A DNA stretch of 60,931 nucleotides, the filler included, from Squatina squatina (lineage: Eukaryota): NCBI GenBank assembly GCA_031763465.1. It is 4 parts of 4 records of this genome, joined end to end, with 100 filler letters (N's around TTAATTAATTAA, not from the genome) between each part and the next. Parts side by side here need not be neighbours in the genome. Positions count along the whole stretch, not along the records: positions 31,642 to 46,920 come from JARFOE010000004.1; positions 47,021 to 60,931 come from JARFOE010000016.1; 2 more parts are not named here. The stretch is one strand, 5' to 3'. Position 1 is the first letter of the stretch, and every line of letters starts with the position of its first letter. Below are positions 38,177 through 50,714 of this stretch, piece by piece. Under the pieces are notes generated by a model. It worked only from the letters and a program-made list of their open reading frames with translations, searched no databases and had not been told where the DNA came from. The position numbers and the translations under genes were made by a program.

Positions 38177-38944
38177 CTAAAAAGAAACAAAAACATCCTC
38201 TTCACAAGAACCAGCGCATCATTTATATTGTAACACTAATTTGTAAACAACATAATTTTATACCTTAAGGAAACCTAAGCTTTTGTTTATGTCGGATGAA
38301 TGTTTTAAAGTTATAAAGTGTTGATTATAGCATAGCTTATAACTGGTCAACAAATGCAATTGCAGTTAGAAAGGAAAAATGAACAACTATTTACATGATA
38401 TCTTCATGACTTAGATGAAGGAAACGAGTGTACTGTAGCCAAATTTGTGCATGTTGCAAAAATAGGTGGGAAAGAAAGCTGTGAGGACACCAGAGGTGGC
38501 CAATTGGTGGTCAAACTTCCAGCGTTAAATCGGCGCGAAACTGGTGTTAGGCCACTTTTAGCGCTAAAACGCGGGCGCAAAATTCGGGTGCANNNNNNNN
38601 NNNNNNNNNNNNNNNNNNNNNNNNNNNNNNNNNNNNNNNNNNNNNNNNNNNNNNNNNNNNNNNNNNNNNNNNNNNNNNNNNNNNNNNNNNNNGTGTGCCT
38701 CGCCTGACCAGTTCAAATTTTTAAAGACATTTTTGCTAATTGATTTATGGGTGGGAAAACAAACCTCTCAAGTCACTGTTTAAATAAGAGCCAGACAATA
38801 AAACTCCTCACTGTGCCGCATTAGGGGTGAGATTACCAGGGGAACATTATACAGGACAGGATGTACCTTTCACTAACCTGTTTACAATCTGACTAAATGT
38901 TCAGTGCTGGACTTTAACCCATTTCCTTATTCTCCTAAAAAGGA

Positions 38945-39557
38945 CAACCCGGGGGGAGGGAAAGAGCCCGGGGGCTGCGGCCAGCGCTCCCTCCTCTCCT
39001 CTCCGGGCTGGTTGTGGCCCGCTACCCCCGCTCCTCGGTTCGGCTCCCCGGTTCCTCTCCCTCTCTCACCTCCTCCACATCGATCTCATTGTAGTCGATC
39101 TCCTCGAAGTGCAGCGGCTGCGGGGTATCGATGATCTCCGCCGACATCCCTCCTGCTGCAGCCGGCAATCGGGATCAGGCCCAGGCCCAGGCCGCCCCTC
39201 CGCCGCTCTCGGCCGCTCGGGTTTGCCGCCGGTGGAAGAAGCCGAGTTGGTCGAGGCCGGCGCCGCTCTGGAGCCCGAATCCCGATTCCTGCAGCGTTCC
39301 GCTCCCCACCGGCTTCATCCGGCATTTCCGGGGTTAATCCGGCCCGCAAACATCCGGGGACCGCTGCCGCCTGCCGGAACTGACGTCGCTCGGACGCAGG
39401 CCGAACTAGTGGCAGGAAGGCGGCCTGAGGCGTCACCAGAAATCCTGGCTGCGGCGGCGGGGATAGATGATGATTTGGGGGGTGCTTTCAGTGCGCGCGC
39501 GCGCTGGCATACGGGGGCTTTCAGTGCGCGTGCGCACGCTGAGTCCACGCGTGCGCG
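38945..39557. promoter_or_regulatory. MAP3K7: CpG island covering the MAP3K7 promoter, 5' UTR and exon 1
   Basis: Very GC- and CpG-rich; CRE-like TGACGTCG at about 39381; duplicated gctttcagtgcgcg motif. Confidence 0.8.
39070..39147 (-). CDS. MAP3K7: MAP3K7/TAK1 exon 1 coding part (MSAEIIDTPQPLHFEEIDYNEIDVEE)
   Basis: FEEIDYxEIxVEE motif and phase-0 donor GAG|gtgaga as in TAK1 exon 1. Confidence 0.9.
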
Positions 39558-41570
39558 NNNNNNNNNNTTGCATTTGAAAATTTAAAAACTAAAACCGACG
39601 AAACGGGAACGCGATCCGTTAATAGGGTGACAGTTGGGCAACCATTGAACAGTCAACACCAGCAAAATGTTTAATCTGCAAGGGTGTAAATCGATTTGAT
39701 CTTCTGTACTCACGCGCAATTTGTTTAAAAGAGAGATAATTTAAAAAAAAGGGGTGTCGTTTTAAATCAAATTGCTTGCTCTTCACTGGTGTGGGTGTTA
39801 TGAAGTGAGGGGACGCTCAGGATCTGATGAACAATAAGCAAATTGTTAGTGAACGAGATGCAGCTGCGGGGGCAGGGAANNNNNNNNNNNNNNNNNNNNN
39901 NNNNNNNNNNNNNNNNNNNNNNNNNNNNNNNNNNNNNNNNNNNNNNNNNNNNNNNNNNNNNNNNNNNNNNNNNNNNNNNATTTATCCTTTAAATGATGTC
40001 ACTGGAGCCGTCTAACAGGTGAGAAGACCCAACTTGAGATCTTCGCCAGTATAAAAAGAAAACTGAACATTTACAAAAGAAATTGGCCCTGAAATTAGCG
40101 AATTTCTATGTTCGCTATTTTGGTAGAAGTAGTAACCTACAGTATTTATTTTAAAACCTTCACTCAAATGGAAGAAGCGAATATTAGAATTTAGAGTTGT
40201 AAAGTGGTTGCACTAATACCAAAAAACAAATCTTTAATTTGGTATTTCACCGGGAGAGAAAGATTTCCTGGATGCCAAAATGTATTGCCCACTGAAGATA
40301 GAAGACCTCACTTAATAGTCTGCTCTTCTCAAGAGTGAAATGATTTGTGGAAGGTCCCAAGTGCATTGTACTGAATTCAACTGTCATTCTGAGGCAGCAG
40401 ACCCTGCCTGTGAGGAAGAGGTAGGGATCAAAAGATGTCAAGTTTAATGGACCCATGCATCTAACCGTCATGAATGAAGTCAATATTGCTCCATTTACCC
40501 AGACTGTGAAGAACCCTCAGGTTGTGGAAGGAACAGTTACACAATGATTCCTTTCTTATTGAGCNNNNNNNNNNAACGACGTGTTTGTAGGCAGTGTACA
40601 GAATGAAACCCTGTCCTGTTTGTGCACTAATGGAACCAAACACGTCTGCAGTAGAACACAACCCTGCCTCAGGGTGGTCCATATAATAACCACTGCTGGA
40701 ATTGTTCTCATGGAGGTTTGGGGCTGCTTACTTGCAATATGCAGTGGAATATACTTTCCTACCCAAGCATCCAATTTCTTGGATTTCTTCTTAACAGCTT
40801 CAGGTATCTTATTATACTTTGAACATTATTGTAAAGTTTGTGACATTTGGATGAACTGCAGTAACAATTAGGAATGTTGCAGAGGCAACTGCAGTTATGC
40901 AGGTAGTATTACTGCTCTTATTAAAAACAATGATCAAAATGCAGCACATACTTGACCTGAAACAAGAGGCCAGAAGCACAACTCCAGGTGGTTTGCCAAG
41001 AGGTAGCACGGCATTATGGGTTCAATATATAGTCAGGTTGTTTACTACTGTGCACTGACGTGGACCAAATGAGTCATAAAACCAATTTTGTCTCTACCAG
41101 AAATTTTCATTGGGTCCAGGAGCTAAACAGAGGATTGTTGAATTGGCCCCAAGTCAGTAAAATATGATCCCTGGATCTGAGATCCTTTTCTGTTCAGAAT
41201 GGAAGCTACTCAGCAGGCACATGCTTTCTTCCTGACATTTCTTGTCCTTATGAGTAAAACAGACTTTAACAGAAGATTTGTAACTGATAGTGTGAATCAT
41301 GTGTGGCTGTGAGACATCAGTGAGACTGCCTACTCATAGGANNNNNNNNNNNNNNNNNNNNNNNNNNNNNNNNNNNNNNNNNNNNNNNNNNNNNNNNNNN
41401 NNNNNNNNNNNNNNNNNNNNNNNNNNNNNNNNNNNNNNNNNAATCAGCCTTCAATCTTAACTCCAGCTCAATCTGGTTCTTAAAAGGGAGGTCGTTTGAA
41501 CCTGTCGCTGTTAATTTTCAGCATTGCTGAACTTCAGTCACTGATCTCTGGAGCAGAGGAAGATTGTGAA

Positions 41571-43340
41571 ATGGCTGCTGCTAATCCCCCTTCAAGGGAC
41601 AGGGCCACAAGATTCAACGATGTGGCTCTGGAGGCATTGGTGGGGGCACTGGAGACCAGGAGGGAGTACCTGTTCCCTGCATTGGGAAGGAGGGCATCTC
41701 CGCAGGGTTTTAGGGCCATGTGGCAAGAGGTGGCCCGGGAGGTGTCGGCCAGCACAGTGATGCAGAGAAGCCTCAGCCTGGGCCACAAGAAATTCAACGA
41801 CCTATGTCGGGTGGTGAAGGTGAGTACAAGCTTCCACACCTCCTCCATACCTGCCTCTCAAGCTCTGTCTGCACATACTTCCATGCCACTCAACCATCAA
41901 GCATCTACAGATGTTCACATTCACATCCTCATCTCACACCTTGCTTACATTCACAGCTATTCAACCACGGCAGCATAGCTGGAATCTTACTCACATGAGT
42001 TTCTTTCTTTTGCAGGCCAAGATGGCTCATAAGAGACGGGAGCAGCAGAGGACTGGATGAGGGGAACCTGAAATGCAGCCCCTCTCTGACCTTGTGGAGC
42101 GAATGCTGGGGCTCATTGGCCCTCAGGTGGTGGGCGCCATGGCCGGCGGAGACGTCAACCCCACTGTGGGTAACAACGGTATCTTTATCCCCTCTCCGTT
42201 TCACATACCACTTCCCCCACTCCCACACCAGAAGGTTTTATCACTTTCCAGCTCCTGATACTGTCTGTATTCCTTGCTCCATTTCTCCCCTGCTGCCCTC
42301 ACCTTAATGCGAGTCTTGTGCCATTTATGCTTTTAGAGAACTAGGCAGAAGCTGTTCATCCTGCACCTGAGCAGGCCCCAACACATTGTGGAGGAAGATG
42401 AAGAGGAGGAAGAGCAGGAGGAGCAGGAGCCGAGCACTGTGTCATTGCTTCTCTCACCCACAGGCACCAGCTCAGATACTGGCACTATGTGTTCCTTAGA
42501 GGTTAGGCTAGTAGAGGGGTCTGCACTGGGTGATTTACTGGGGCCTAGCAAGCTGCAGGAAGGCCAAGGGGAAAGGGGATCTCGGGAGCCACCTCCCCGG
42601 CGGGCGAGTTCGCGCGCGAGTTCTGCTCCACAGGACTCAGATGAGGACCTCGATGGGGAGGCATTCACACAAAGGATGATGGCCATGCACTCCATCATTG
42701 GTACAATGGAAAAGTTGCCCGAGAGCCTCTCAGCAGTGGTAAGGAGAGTGGAGGAGTACGCCTCCAGCATTGCACAGAGCTCTGCACACACTATTGAGCC
42801 CATCATTGTCAGTTTGCAGATGATGGTGGACTCCCAGAGTGACCGTGTGGATCCCGACCCCACGTCAGTTTCCATTGCAGCACAGGCAGAAGCAACTCAA
42901 TGTCTTCGTGCTGTAATGCAGACAATGGTTGGTGGCATGGAAGCTCAGACTGCTCTCATGCTCTCATCCCACAGTCCACCGGGGATCTCACAGTATCGCA
43001 GCAGCCCACCAATCTGTGCTTCAGCAGATTGGTTGGGATGCTCAGGTGCTGCCTTTGGGGAGTAGCAGTGGGTCAGTGGAACAGGAACCGGCTGTCCTCG
43101 CTCAGGAGGACAAAATTCCTGAGCTCACCCTTGCCACTCCGCCATGACACTTGTTGCTGGCAGTCACCCAGCCAGTCCAGACTTTCGCCGCCCAGCCTGA
43201 GGTGATGCAGCTTACAGCTAGGCCTTCCAGGCCCAGAGCTGGTCACGGGCATCCTGCAAGACCATCTGTAGTCTCTGGGCTCGACACACAGCAGCCTTCC
43301 ACCAGCCATGCTGCAGTCACAGGAGACACACTCTGAAGGA
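41571..43340 (+). pseudogene. Harbinger Myb/SANT-like DNA-binding gene (MSANTD/NAIF1-like), three exons, disabled
   Basis: Exon 41571-41819 RATRFNDVALEALV...WQEVAREVSA...KKFNDL; exon 42016-42178 with in-frame TGA at 42058; acidic exon from 42337 with frameshifts. Confidence 0.8.
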
Positions 43341-43547
43341 GCACTAGATTAGTTAAAGCAAAGAGGGGATATAAGGAAATGCACAAGGGTGATTAGTAAA
43401 TACATTATGAAAGCGTTGTTGTGATATAAATTTGGATTGAAATGTTTAATCTTTGGTATTGTCTCTTGTTTCTGCTTTGGGTTTTGGTATGGAAGGGAAA
43501 ATGGGTGTGATGGGGACATCCAGAGGAACCAGGAAGTGGGATGGAAT

Positions 43548-43915
43548 TCACTGGAACTGAACTCTGATGAGACGGTTGCGGACCTCCCTTGCAGAATCGT
43601 GATGGACTCGCTGCCTCCTCTGTTGCTGTTGTTGCTGCTTCTGCTCCTTTTCCTTCTCCTCCTCTTGCTCCTCCTCTTCCTCAGGTAGTGCGGCTAAGCC
43701 TGGTGGCAATGGCTGTGCCCTCATGATGGCCCGGTTGTGCAGCATGCAGCAGACGATGACAAATAGGGACACCCACTCCGGCGAATACTGGAGGACTCCT
43801 CCCGAGCGGTCATGGCTGTGGAACCTTTGTTTCAGCACTCTGATGGTCTGCTCAATGATGTTCCTGGTGGTGGCATGGCTCTCATTATATGAGTGCTGGG
43901 CAGGAATGCTGAGCA
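43548..43915 (-). pseudogene. Harbinger transposase (DDE_Tnp_4, HARBI1-like) C-terminal fragment
   Basis: YNESHATTRNIIEQTIRVLKQRF...GGVLQYSPEWVSLFVIVCCMLHN...acidic tract...REVRNRLIRVQF. Confidence 0.85.
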
Positions 43916-44063
43916 GGAGTGTTGGGATTGCGGAGAGGAATCGTGAGCAAGGTGGAGAGAAGATNNNNNNNNNNNNNNNNNNNNNNNNNNNNNNNNNNNN
44001 NNNNNNNNNNNNNNNNNNNNNNNNNNNNNNNNNNNNNNNNNNNNNNNNNNNNNNNNNNNNNNN

Positions 44064-44870
44064 NTCTCCTTAGAGCAGAGATGATTGACAGGAAATTTTG
44101 ATCGAGGTGTTCAAAATCATGAGGGGTCTAGATATGGTAGACAGAGAGAGACTGTTCCATTGGCACAAGGGTCGAGAATCAGAGCACACAGGCTTAAGTT
44201 GCTTGGCAAAAGAACCAAAGGTGACACGAGGAAGAACTTTTTTACACAGCGACTGGTTATGATCTGGAATGTACTGCCTGAAAGGGTAATGGAGGCAGAT
44301 TCAGTTGTGGCTTTCAAAAGAGAATTGGATAAATACCTGAAGGGAATCTTTTTGCAGAGCTACGGGGAAAGGGCTGGGGAGTGGGAGTAGCTGAAGTGCT
44401 CTTACAGAGAGGCAGGTGTTCGATGGGCTGAATAGCCTCCTTCTGTGCTGTAACCATTCTATCATCCTATAATTCTAGGAACAGTATTTTCCCCAGGTAA
44501 AAGGGTTTATGTGAAATATATGAGCCAAATGTTTTTTAAAATTTTACTTTAGGAAGAGTGTCATGACACAAAAGAGATCCACTAAGAATATCCCAGGGAT
44601 TAGAGGTGTCAGTTATGAGGAGAGACTCGAGAAACTGGGTCTCTTTTCATTAGAACAAAGAGGGTTAGTATGTGGAATGCCCTGCCAGGAACAGTCATAG
44701 AAGCAAAATCCATAATAGCTTTAAAAGGGAAATGGGTAAATATCCTGAAAAAGAAAATAAATTAACAGTGGGGAAAAAGGGCAGGGATGGCACTAAGTGA
44801 ATCTTTCAGAGCGCTGGCATAAATAGGCTTAATGGGCCAAATGGCCTCCACCCATGCTGTGAGATTCGAT
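44064..44870 (+). mobile_element. Two CR1 3' end fragments
   Basis: KNFFTQRLVMIWNVLPERVMEADSVVAFKRELDKYL; second copy SYEERLEKLGLFSLEQR. Confidence 0.85.
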
Positions 44871-46920
44871 GCTAATTCAAAGTGATGTTGGCCACCTCTG
44901 TATAGAAGTTTCAGCCCTCCTGAATGAAGGAAGATTAAAAGGCTGAAAATGAAAATATAATCAGATGATAAATTACAGACATGAAGTGGAAGCAATGAAA
45001 TTTATGTTCATCAGGCCATAGGCACAATAAAAAACACTTTTATCTCTTTTTGTGAACTTGGCCAAATTCTAGATAAAGTATCCTTGTTGGTCAAAACCAA
45101 AACATCTGCAGGAAAATAAAGGGCTGGGTAAACAATGTCAGCAAAGGTTAAGTTTCACAAGGTGTTGCAATTTAAACTGTCATCAAATCTTTTGTGTTGA
45201 CTATTATGAACTGCAGCCAAAATACATCCTGAGAGCTATAGTTTCTCATTCAGTTCTTATTCAGGGTGAAGTGAATGATATGTTCCAGTATTAAATGCCT
45301 GATTATTATAACACAAGCAATAGGCTTGTCAGGTGAGAGCAGAAGAGGCATTAATCTTCAAGGATTACATGCATCTTCTGTTTCTTCCCTTCCAGCTATC
45401 ATGATAAAACCCAACTAGACACTTGCTAGTCTGTTTGCATGACAAGTCAAATTACATAGCCCAGACACAGGCATTTTGTATTCCCTTGTGACAGTGAAAA
45501 TAACTGGAAGAAACTGAGAAAAATGGAGCCAGTCAATTTTATGATGTGCCTAAGGCAGATAGAGAACACAGTAAGAGAATATATTTNNNNNNNNNNNNNN
45601 NNNNNNNNNNNNNNNNNNNNNNNNNNNNNNNNNNNNNNNNNNNNNNNNNNNNNNNNNNNNNNNNNNNNNNNNNNNNNNNNNNNNNNATTGCCCTAAAATT
45701 GGATGCCCTATCTCCCTCGCATTTTTTAAGTCAGTGATGCCCAACTCATCAGCAATTTGATGAGTAGTCTGTTCACTTTGCCTTAATATTTCTATTTTAG
45801 ATGCATAACTGGCTCCTAATTGCAGTCGACAATTAATTTGGAGGATTTAATGCCGCTGTATTTTTATTGACTTTCTCACTGTGCAGGAACTGAAAACATC
45901 AAATTGTGAGCAAACCAACAGGATTAAGTGCTCACAGAAAATTTTAGTAGCCAAAAGTTAATCCCTGATTATTTGCTGAACACCAATACCTAGGCTTATA
46001 GCTGTGCATTTTCTATTTGGCGCTATTCTCTTACAAATCCTTTGTACTAAGTTCATCTGTGTGGCTTTTCACAGTTGTTGAGCTGTTTTTAAAAATTGGC
46101 TTGACACCTGCTGTAATAAAATACGTGCAGAGGAATTTAGGGTAAGCCTGATGTTTGTATGGGAACTGCAGTGGTCCAAAATTTAATCATTAAATCAATG
46201 CTAATCTCTCCTGAAATGTTTCACTGAAATAACTGCAAAAGATACCTCGCATTGCGACTAAATAAAGTGTGAAACTGAAAGGTCCTCCAACTGCTGGCAC
46301 TGCTCCCAATTAATCTCTTGTAGTAAGAAATAATGCCACACACATTTTCTCTGCAGTAATTATTGTATTACACCCTAGAATCCAGGGTCTGAGTACGTAC
46401 TTTCCTGAATCATTCTAGTGAAAATGTTAAGAACTCAGCTTCTATGGGTCATATTTCAGGGCATAAATGTAATGAAAAATGTAATCTGATTAATGCAAAA
46501 TTTTCTGGATTAAAAGAAATTGGACCAACAAGTCATGCCTGCATCTGAATGACAACATTTTATTGATTCCTCCCCCCCACCGTCCCCCAAAACAAGCTTG
46601 CATTAATGTGCAAAGTCAATTTAAATTAAATACTTGCACTGTTTGAATCAGTACTGGAAACTGCTTATATTGTTAATGGGAGTACATGAAGCAAAGTGGC
46701 CTTAGTGTGCCTTCTGTATTCAGTTCTCTAGTTAATTGAAGCAGGAATTAGTGTCTTGTTATCCTTGCCATAAAATGATGATTAAAATAAGATAAAAGCC
46801 TTATGGTCACATCCTATGGGATTGATTAGGGATTCTTATCCATAGTTACTGCAATGCAGAGAATAATTTGAGTTACTTTGGTTAATGGCAGAGACCACAG
46901 ATCTGTCCCTTTAGAATCTT

Positions 46921-47020
46921 NNNNNNNNNNNNNNNNNNNNNNNNNNNNNNNNNNNNNNNNNNNNTTAATTAATTAANNNNNNNNNNNNNNNNNNNNNNNN
47001 NNNNNNNNNNNNNNNNNNNN
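46921..47020. other. Artificial scaffold-joining linker
   Basis: 44 N + TTAATTAATTAA + 44 N. Confidence 0.95.
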
Positions 47021-47842
47021 ATAACATATCACAAAAATAAATCTCCTTATATCGTCACTATAGAATTAGTCCCATCTTTGATCATTCTACATTTAGTTTT
47101 TATATAATCACATATGTAGAATAAGCATATCAGAAAGTCCTGTACTGTATTCAAATCATGGTCCATATCGTTTTATAAATCTAGAACAGCGGAGTGATGA
47201 TGTACATTGGAATGGAAGCGTGTGGGTTCACTTGCTCAATCCAGTGACTTCCCAGTACCAGCTACACTGCATGAGCAGCCAGTCTATGGAGACCAGGCTA
47301 TGCCCTATGGGAAAGGCAAGAAAAATTAGGAAAGGGCCCTGAAGTTCAGGGGCCCAGGGAAGGCAGAAATGTGATGCTATTCTGCTGGGGTCCCGATCCA
47401 CTGGATTGATGCCTACCTAAGAGTTGCAGGAAATTGCACGCTGGAGGGACAAGTGCTTCTTCTGACCATTATGTCCAAGAGCAATGTCTGATAGGCCCAG
47501 CATAAAGGAAGTTCCCACTGCTGCAGCAAAACAAGGTAATCATTCTCAGAGTATTCCCTTATAAATAAATGTTTTAGTCGCTTTTCTTCGGTGCTTGGAA
47601 GCACCTTAGCGGAACGGCAGGGTGCCACTCTGATTTTCTGCTGGACCCTCATGGTGGGTGCCTCCTCTACAGTGTGGACCACCCACCCTGATTATTAAAA
47701 TAATCCTGACTCCATGATTTGGGATGGAGTCAATGTCCTTCTCAGCTGGTGACTGGATATCCTGCTATGTCACACTTCCAGCAATTCTGGCCCCCAAGAG
47801 TTTCGACCAACTGATCTTTTAAAACCAAGGGCAGTTTGGGCC

Positions 47843-48015
47843 TCAGTAGGTTGAAAATAGATTCATGGGATCTGGAGCAAAGAATTGTTTCTCCATTGAA
47901 TTATAAATCTTTTGTATAATAGTTACTTCATTTGCTCCAGCAGCGTTTACATTCCAAACTTGAACAATGTCTTCACGATCCCTAACACTGACACTGACAC
48001 CAACTACCTCATCAT
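47843..48015 (-). CDS. EIF4E3: EIF4E3 exon 6 equivalent; homologous over 47903-48015 ([38 protein letters not shown]), then a non-homologous tail to TGA
   Basis: Acceptor aaacag; [19 protein letters not shown] motif of eIF4E3. Confidence 0.8.
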
Positions 48016-49530
48016 CTGTTTTAAAAAAAAGTATTAAGCAAAAATTAAGATTGTATTCCTAGATATTTGAAATGTCTTAATTAAGAACAAAACATACATT
48101 AAGCAAGGAANNNNNNNNNNNNNNNNNNNNNNNNNNNNNNNNNNNNNNNNNNNNNNNNNNNNNNNNNNNNNNNNNNNNNNNNNNNNNNNNNNNNNNNNNN
48201 NNNNNNNNNNNNNNNNNNNNNNNNNNNNNNNNNNNNNNNNNNNNNNNNNNNNNNNNNNNNNNNNNNNNNNNNNNNNNNNNNNNNNNNNNNNNNNNNNNNN
48301 NNNNNNNNNNNNNNNNNNNNNNNNNNNNNNNNNNNNNNNNNNNNNNNNNNNNNNNNNNNNNNNNNNNNNNNNNNNNNNNNNNNNNNNNNNNNNNNNNNNN
48401 NNNNNNNNNNNNNNNNNNNNNNNNNNNNNNNNNNNNNNNNNNNNNNNNNNNNNNNNNNNNNNNNNNNNNNNNNNNNNNNNNNNNNNNNNNNNNNNNNNNN
48501 NNNNNNNNNNNNNNNNNNNNNNNNNNNNNNNNNNNNNNNNNNNNNNNNNNNNNNNNNNNNNNNNNNNNNNNNNNNNNNNNNNNNNNNNNNNNNNNNNNNN
48601 NNNNNNNNNNNNNNNNNTATGGAACAGCAGATGGTGCTGCTGGCAGTGGGGTCGACAGCATGTCAGGTGACATTATAAAAGCTAAGTTATGACTAACCTG
48701 TTTGCTTTTGTATTTTTGCTGGGCTTTATATGGGGAGCACTCATGGAGGTTAAAAGGGAGCTAGAATATTTTTTGTACTATGCAATTGGTCCTGTGTTTC
48801 TGCTCTGAAAACACTGACCAGAACTGGGAGCTTTTTTTTGGCCCTAGTATCTGGTTCAGTGTTTCTACTGTGCAAAAACAACCATAATACAAAAGCGAAG
48901 GGAGGAGAAAATATTAGCTTTTCTTTTTGCTTTCACAGTTGATACACTAAATTAATCAGAAAACAGACATGATCGCAGACTGAACCAGAAAGCTCACAAA
49001 AATCTACAGTCAGACATACATTAGACACAAAGAAATGTATTAGATATAGACTTTCACACCAATTTCCTTTCTTCCCTCATCTCCTTAAGGTGTCCACATA
49101 CATAATTCACTTTCCAGCTGGGTCACTGGAAGCGATCAGAAGCAGGAACCATAGCCAGTTTCTCCACTCCTAGCAATTTTTTTTTTTTGGGGGGTGGGGG
49201 GGGGGTCGGTGGAAGAAATGGGTATTGGAGGAAAAGGGTAGGACTTTACATTCTATGTATTCCCCCTACACCCTTTCTCAAGGATGAATTAATGTGAAAT
49301 AATCCAGGAAAATTTCTAGAAACTGTTCAGTTTACTATTTTTCAGATTTTTAAGTGAAGGATATTCCTTTCTCAAGGCACACAAAACTGTCAGCTTAAGC
49401 AAAGGAAAGGGCGTCTGATTTTCTAATCAATATATAGCATTGCGAATGCTTATTTCTAATCTTGAAGTGTTTTCAAATAGTCACAACAGTACCGAAGACA
49501 AGAATATCTCACCTATAAGACAAGTCTTAC

Positions 49531-49597
49531 CTGCTGTACAGCAATCTACAAACTGTTCACCAATCGTGGCCAGTAATAATTCTTTCCAAACAGCAGA
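49531..49597 (-). CDS. EIF4E3: EIF4E3 exon (SAVWKELLLATIGEQFVDCCTA)
   Basis: WKELLLATIGEQF motif; 67 nt, AG/GT flanked, phases consistent. Confidence 0.92.
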
Positions 49598-50714
49598 CTG
49601 TCACGAGAAACAAATAAAGAACCCTTATTAGGAATGTCTTTTTAAATTGCCTACTATGAAGAAGCTTGCATATGCATTCTCAAACACGACAGATTTAGAC
49701 CATGTCAAAATGATCCATTCCAACCATCTAAGCAGTGAGTGAAAAGTGCAAAAACAGTCACAGTGCCAGTTAAATGTCTTTGGATTGCATAAATTCTAAA
49801 GTAATGCACTGATTCACAATGCATATTAAATTATAACAGCTAAAAATGACTCAGATTAATAAGAACAATTTTGATAAAATAATCATCTAAATACTGTAGT
49901 AGAATTTGAAGTACAGCTGCTTGTACTGCATATTTCTAGTTGAGTCTACAAAAGATCGATTAGCCACCTTCAGATGGATGAGATCCAGAAATGTAGTTAT
50001 CCTCCACTCACCATGGGCAAGATAAGCTTTCAATCCAAGAAATCACACGGGATCCTGTTCCCTCACGTGACTTTTCAACTGGAATGTGATCTCCTCTTCT
50101 TGCATAGTACAGCAGTACCCAGAATTGAGACCAAAGTGGCAGAATATGGCCCAGTCATTCCTTTTGTATCTGTGCCACCGCACGCAACCCCCCCCCACCG
50201 CACTACAACCCGATTAGGATTTTACTTTCAGACCTTTTAAACAGAAAAAGATTTAATACAACAAAATTTGGCATTCTGCAAAAGCTCTCACAAAACTAAG
50301 ACTGCAACATTTTGGTTTGAAGTTTTTCCCACAGATACAAAGTCTTAAAAGAAACCATGGCTTTGAGCAAACTTGATCTTCCCCACTCTGCTTTTAAAAT
50401 TTTGAAATCACTACACTGGGACACCTATAGCTATAGCGCGGAACTCATTTAAAAAGGGCCCCACAGACCACGTTATACTGGGGTCCCAGTGTATTACGAA
50501 CTCACTAAATGTAAACAATACCTTTTGAACACAAGCTGAAAAATTGGATCTCCTCCCCCACTATTGCAAATGGGAGCATCACAAATGTGTCTGATGCCAA
50601 CAGCAAGAAAGAAAAATACTACTCAAATGCTCAAACCTTTATGTACAGTCCCCATGTTAAGTATCTTGCATCTATGCACAGTCAACTTTTCCCATTACAA
50701 TTCCTTATAAAGAA

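Noticed and set aside
39109-39585. 158-aa plus-strand ORF in the CpG island
   Set aside because: GC-rich artefact antisense to MAP3K7 exon 1
47171-47911. Shared AGATTTATAA 10-mer as a possible TSD for an insertion in the EIF4E3 exon
   Set aside because: Removing the intervening sequence does not restore the eIF4E3 C-terminus
50000-50060. Minus-strand ATG|gtgagt donor-like site in an EIF4E3 intron
   Set aside because: No matching acceptor or homology; cannot be supported as an exon
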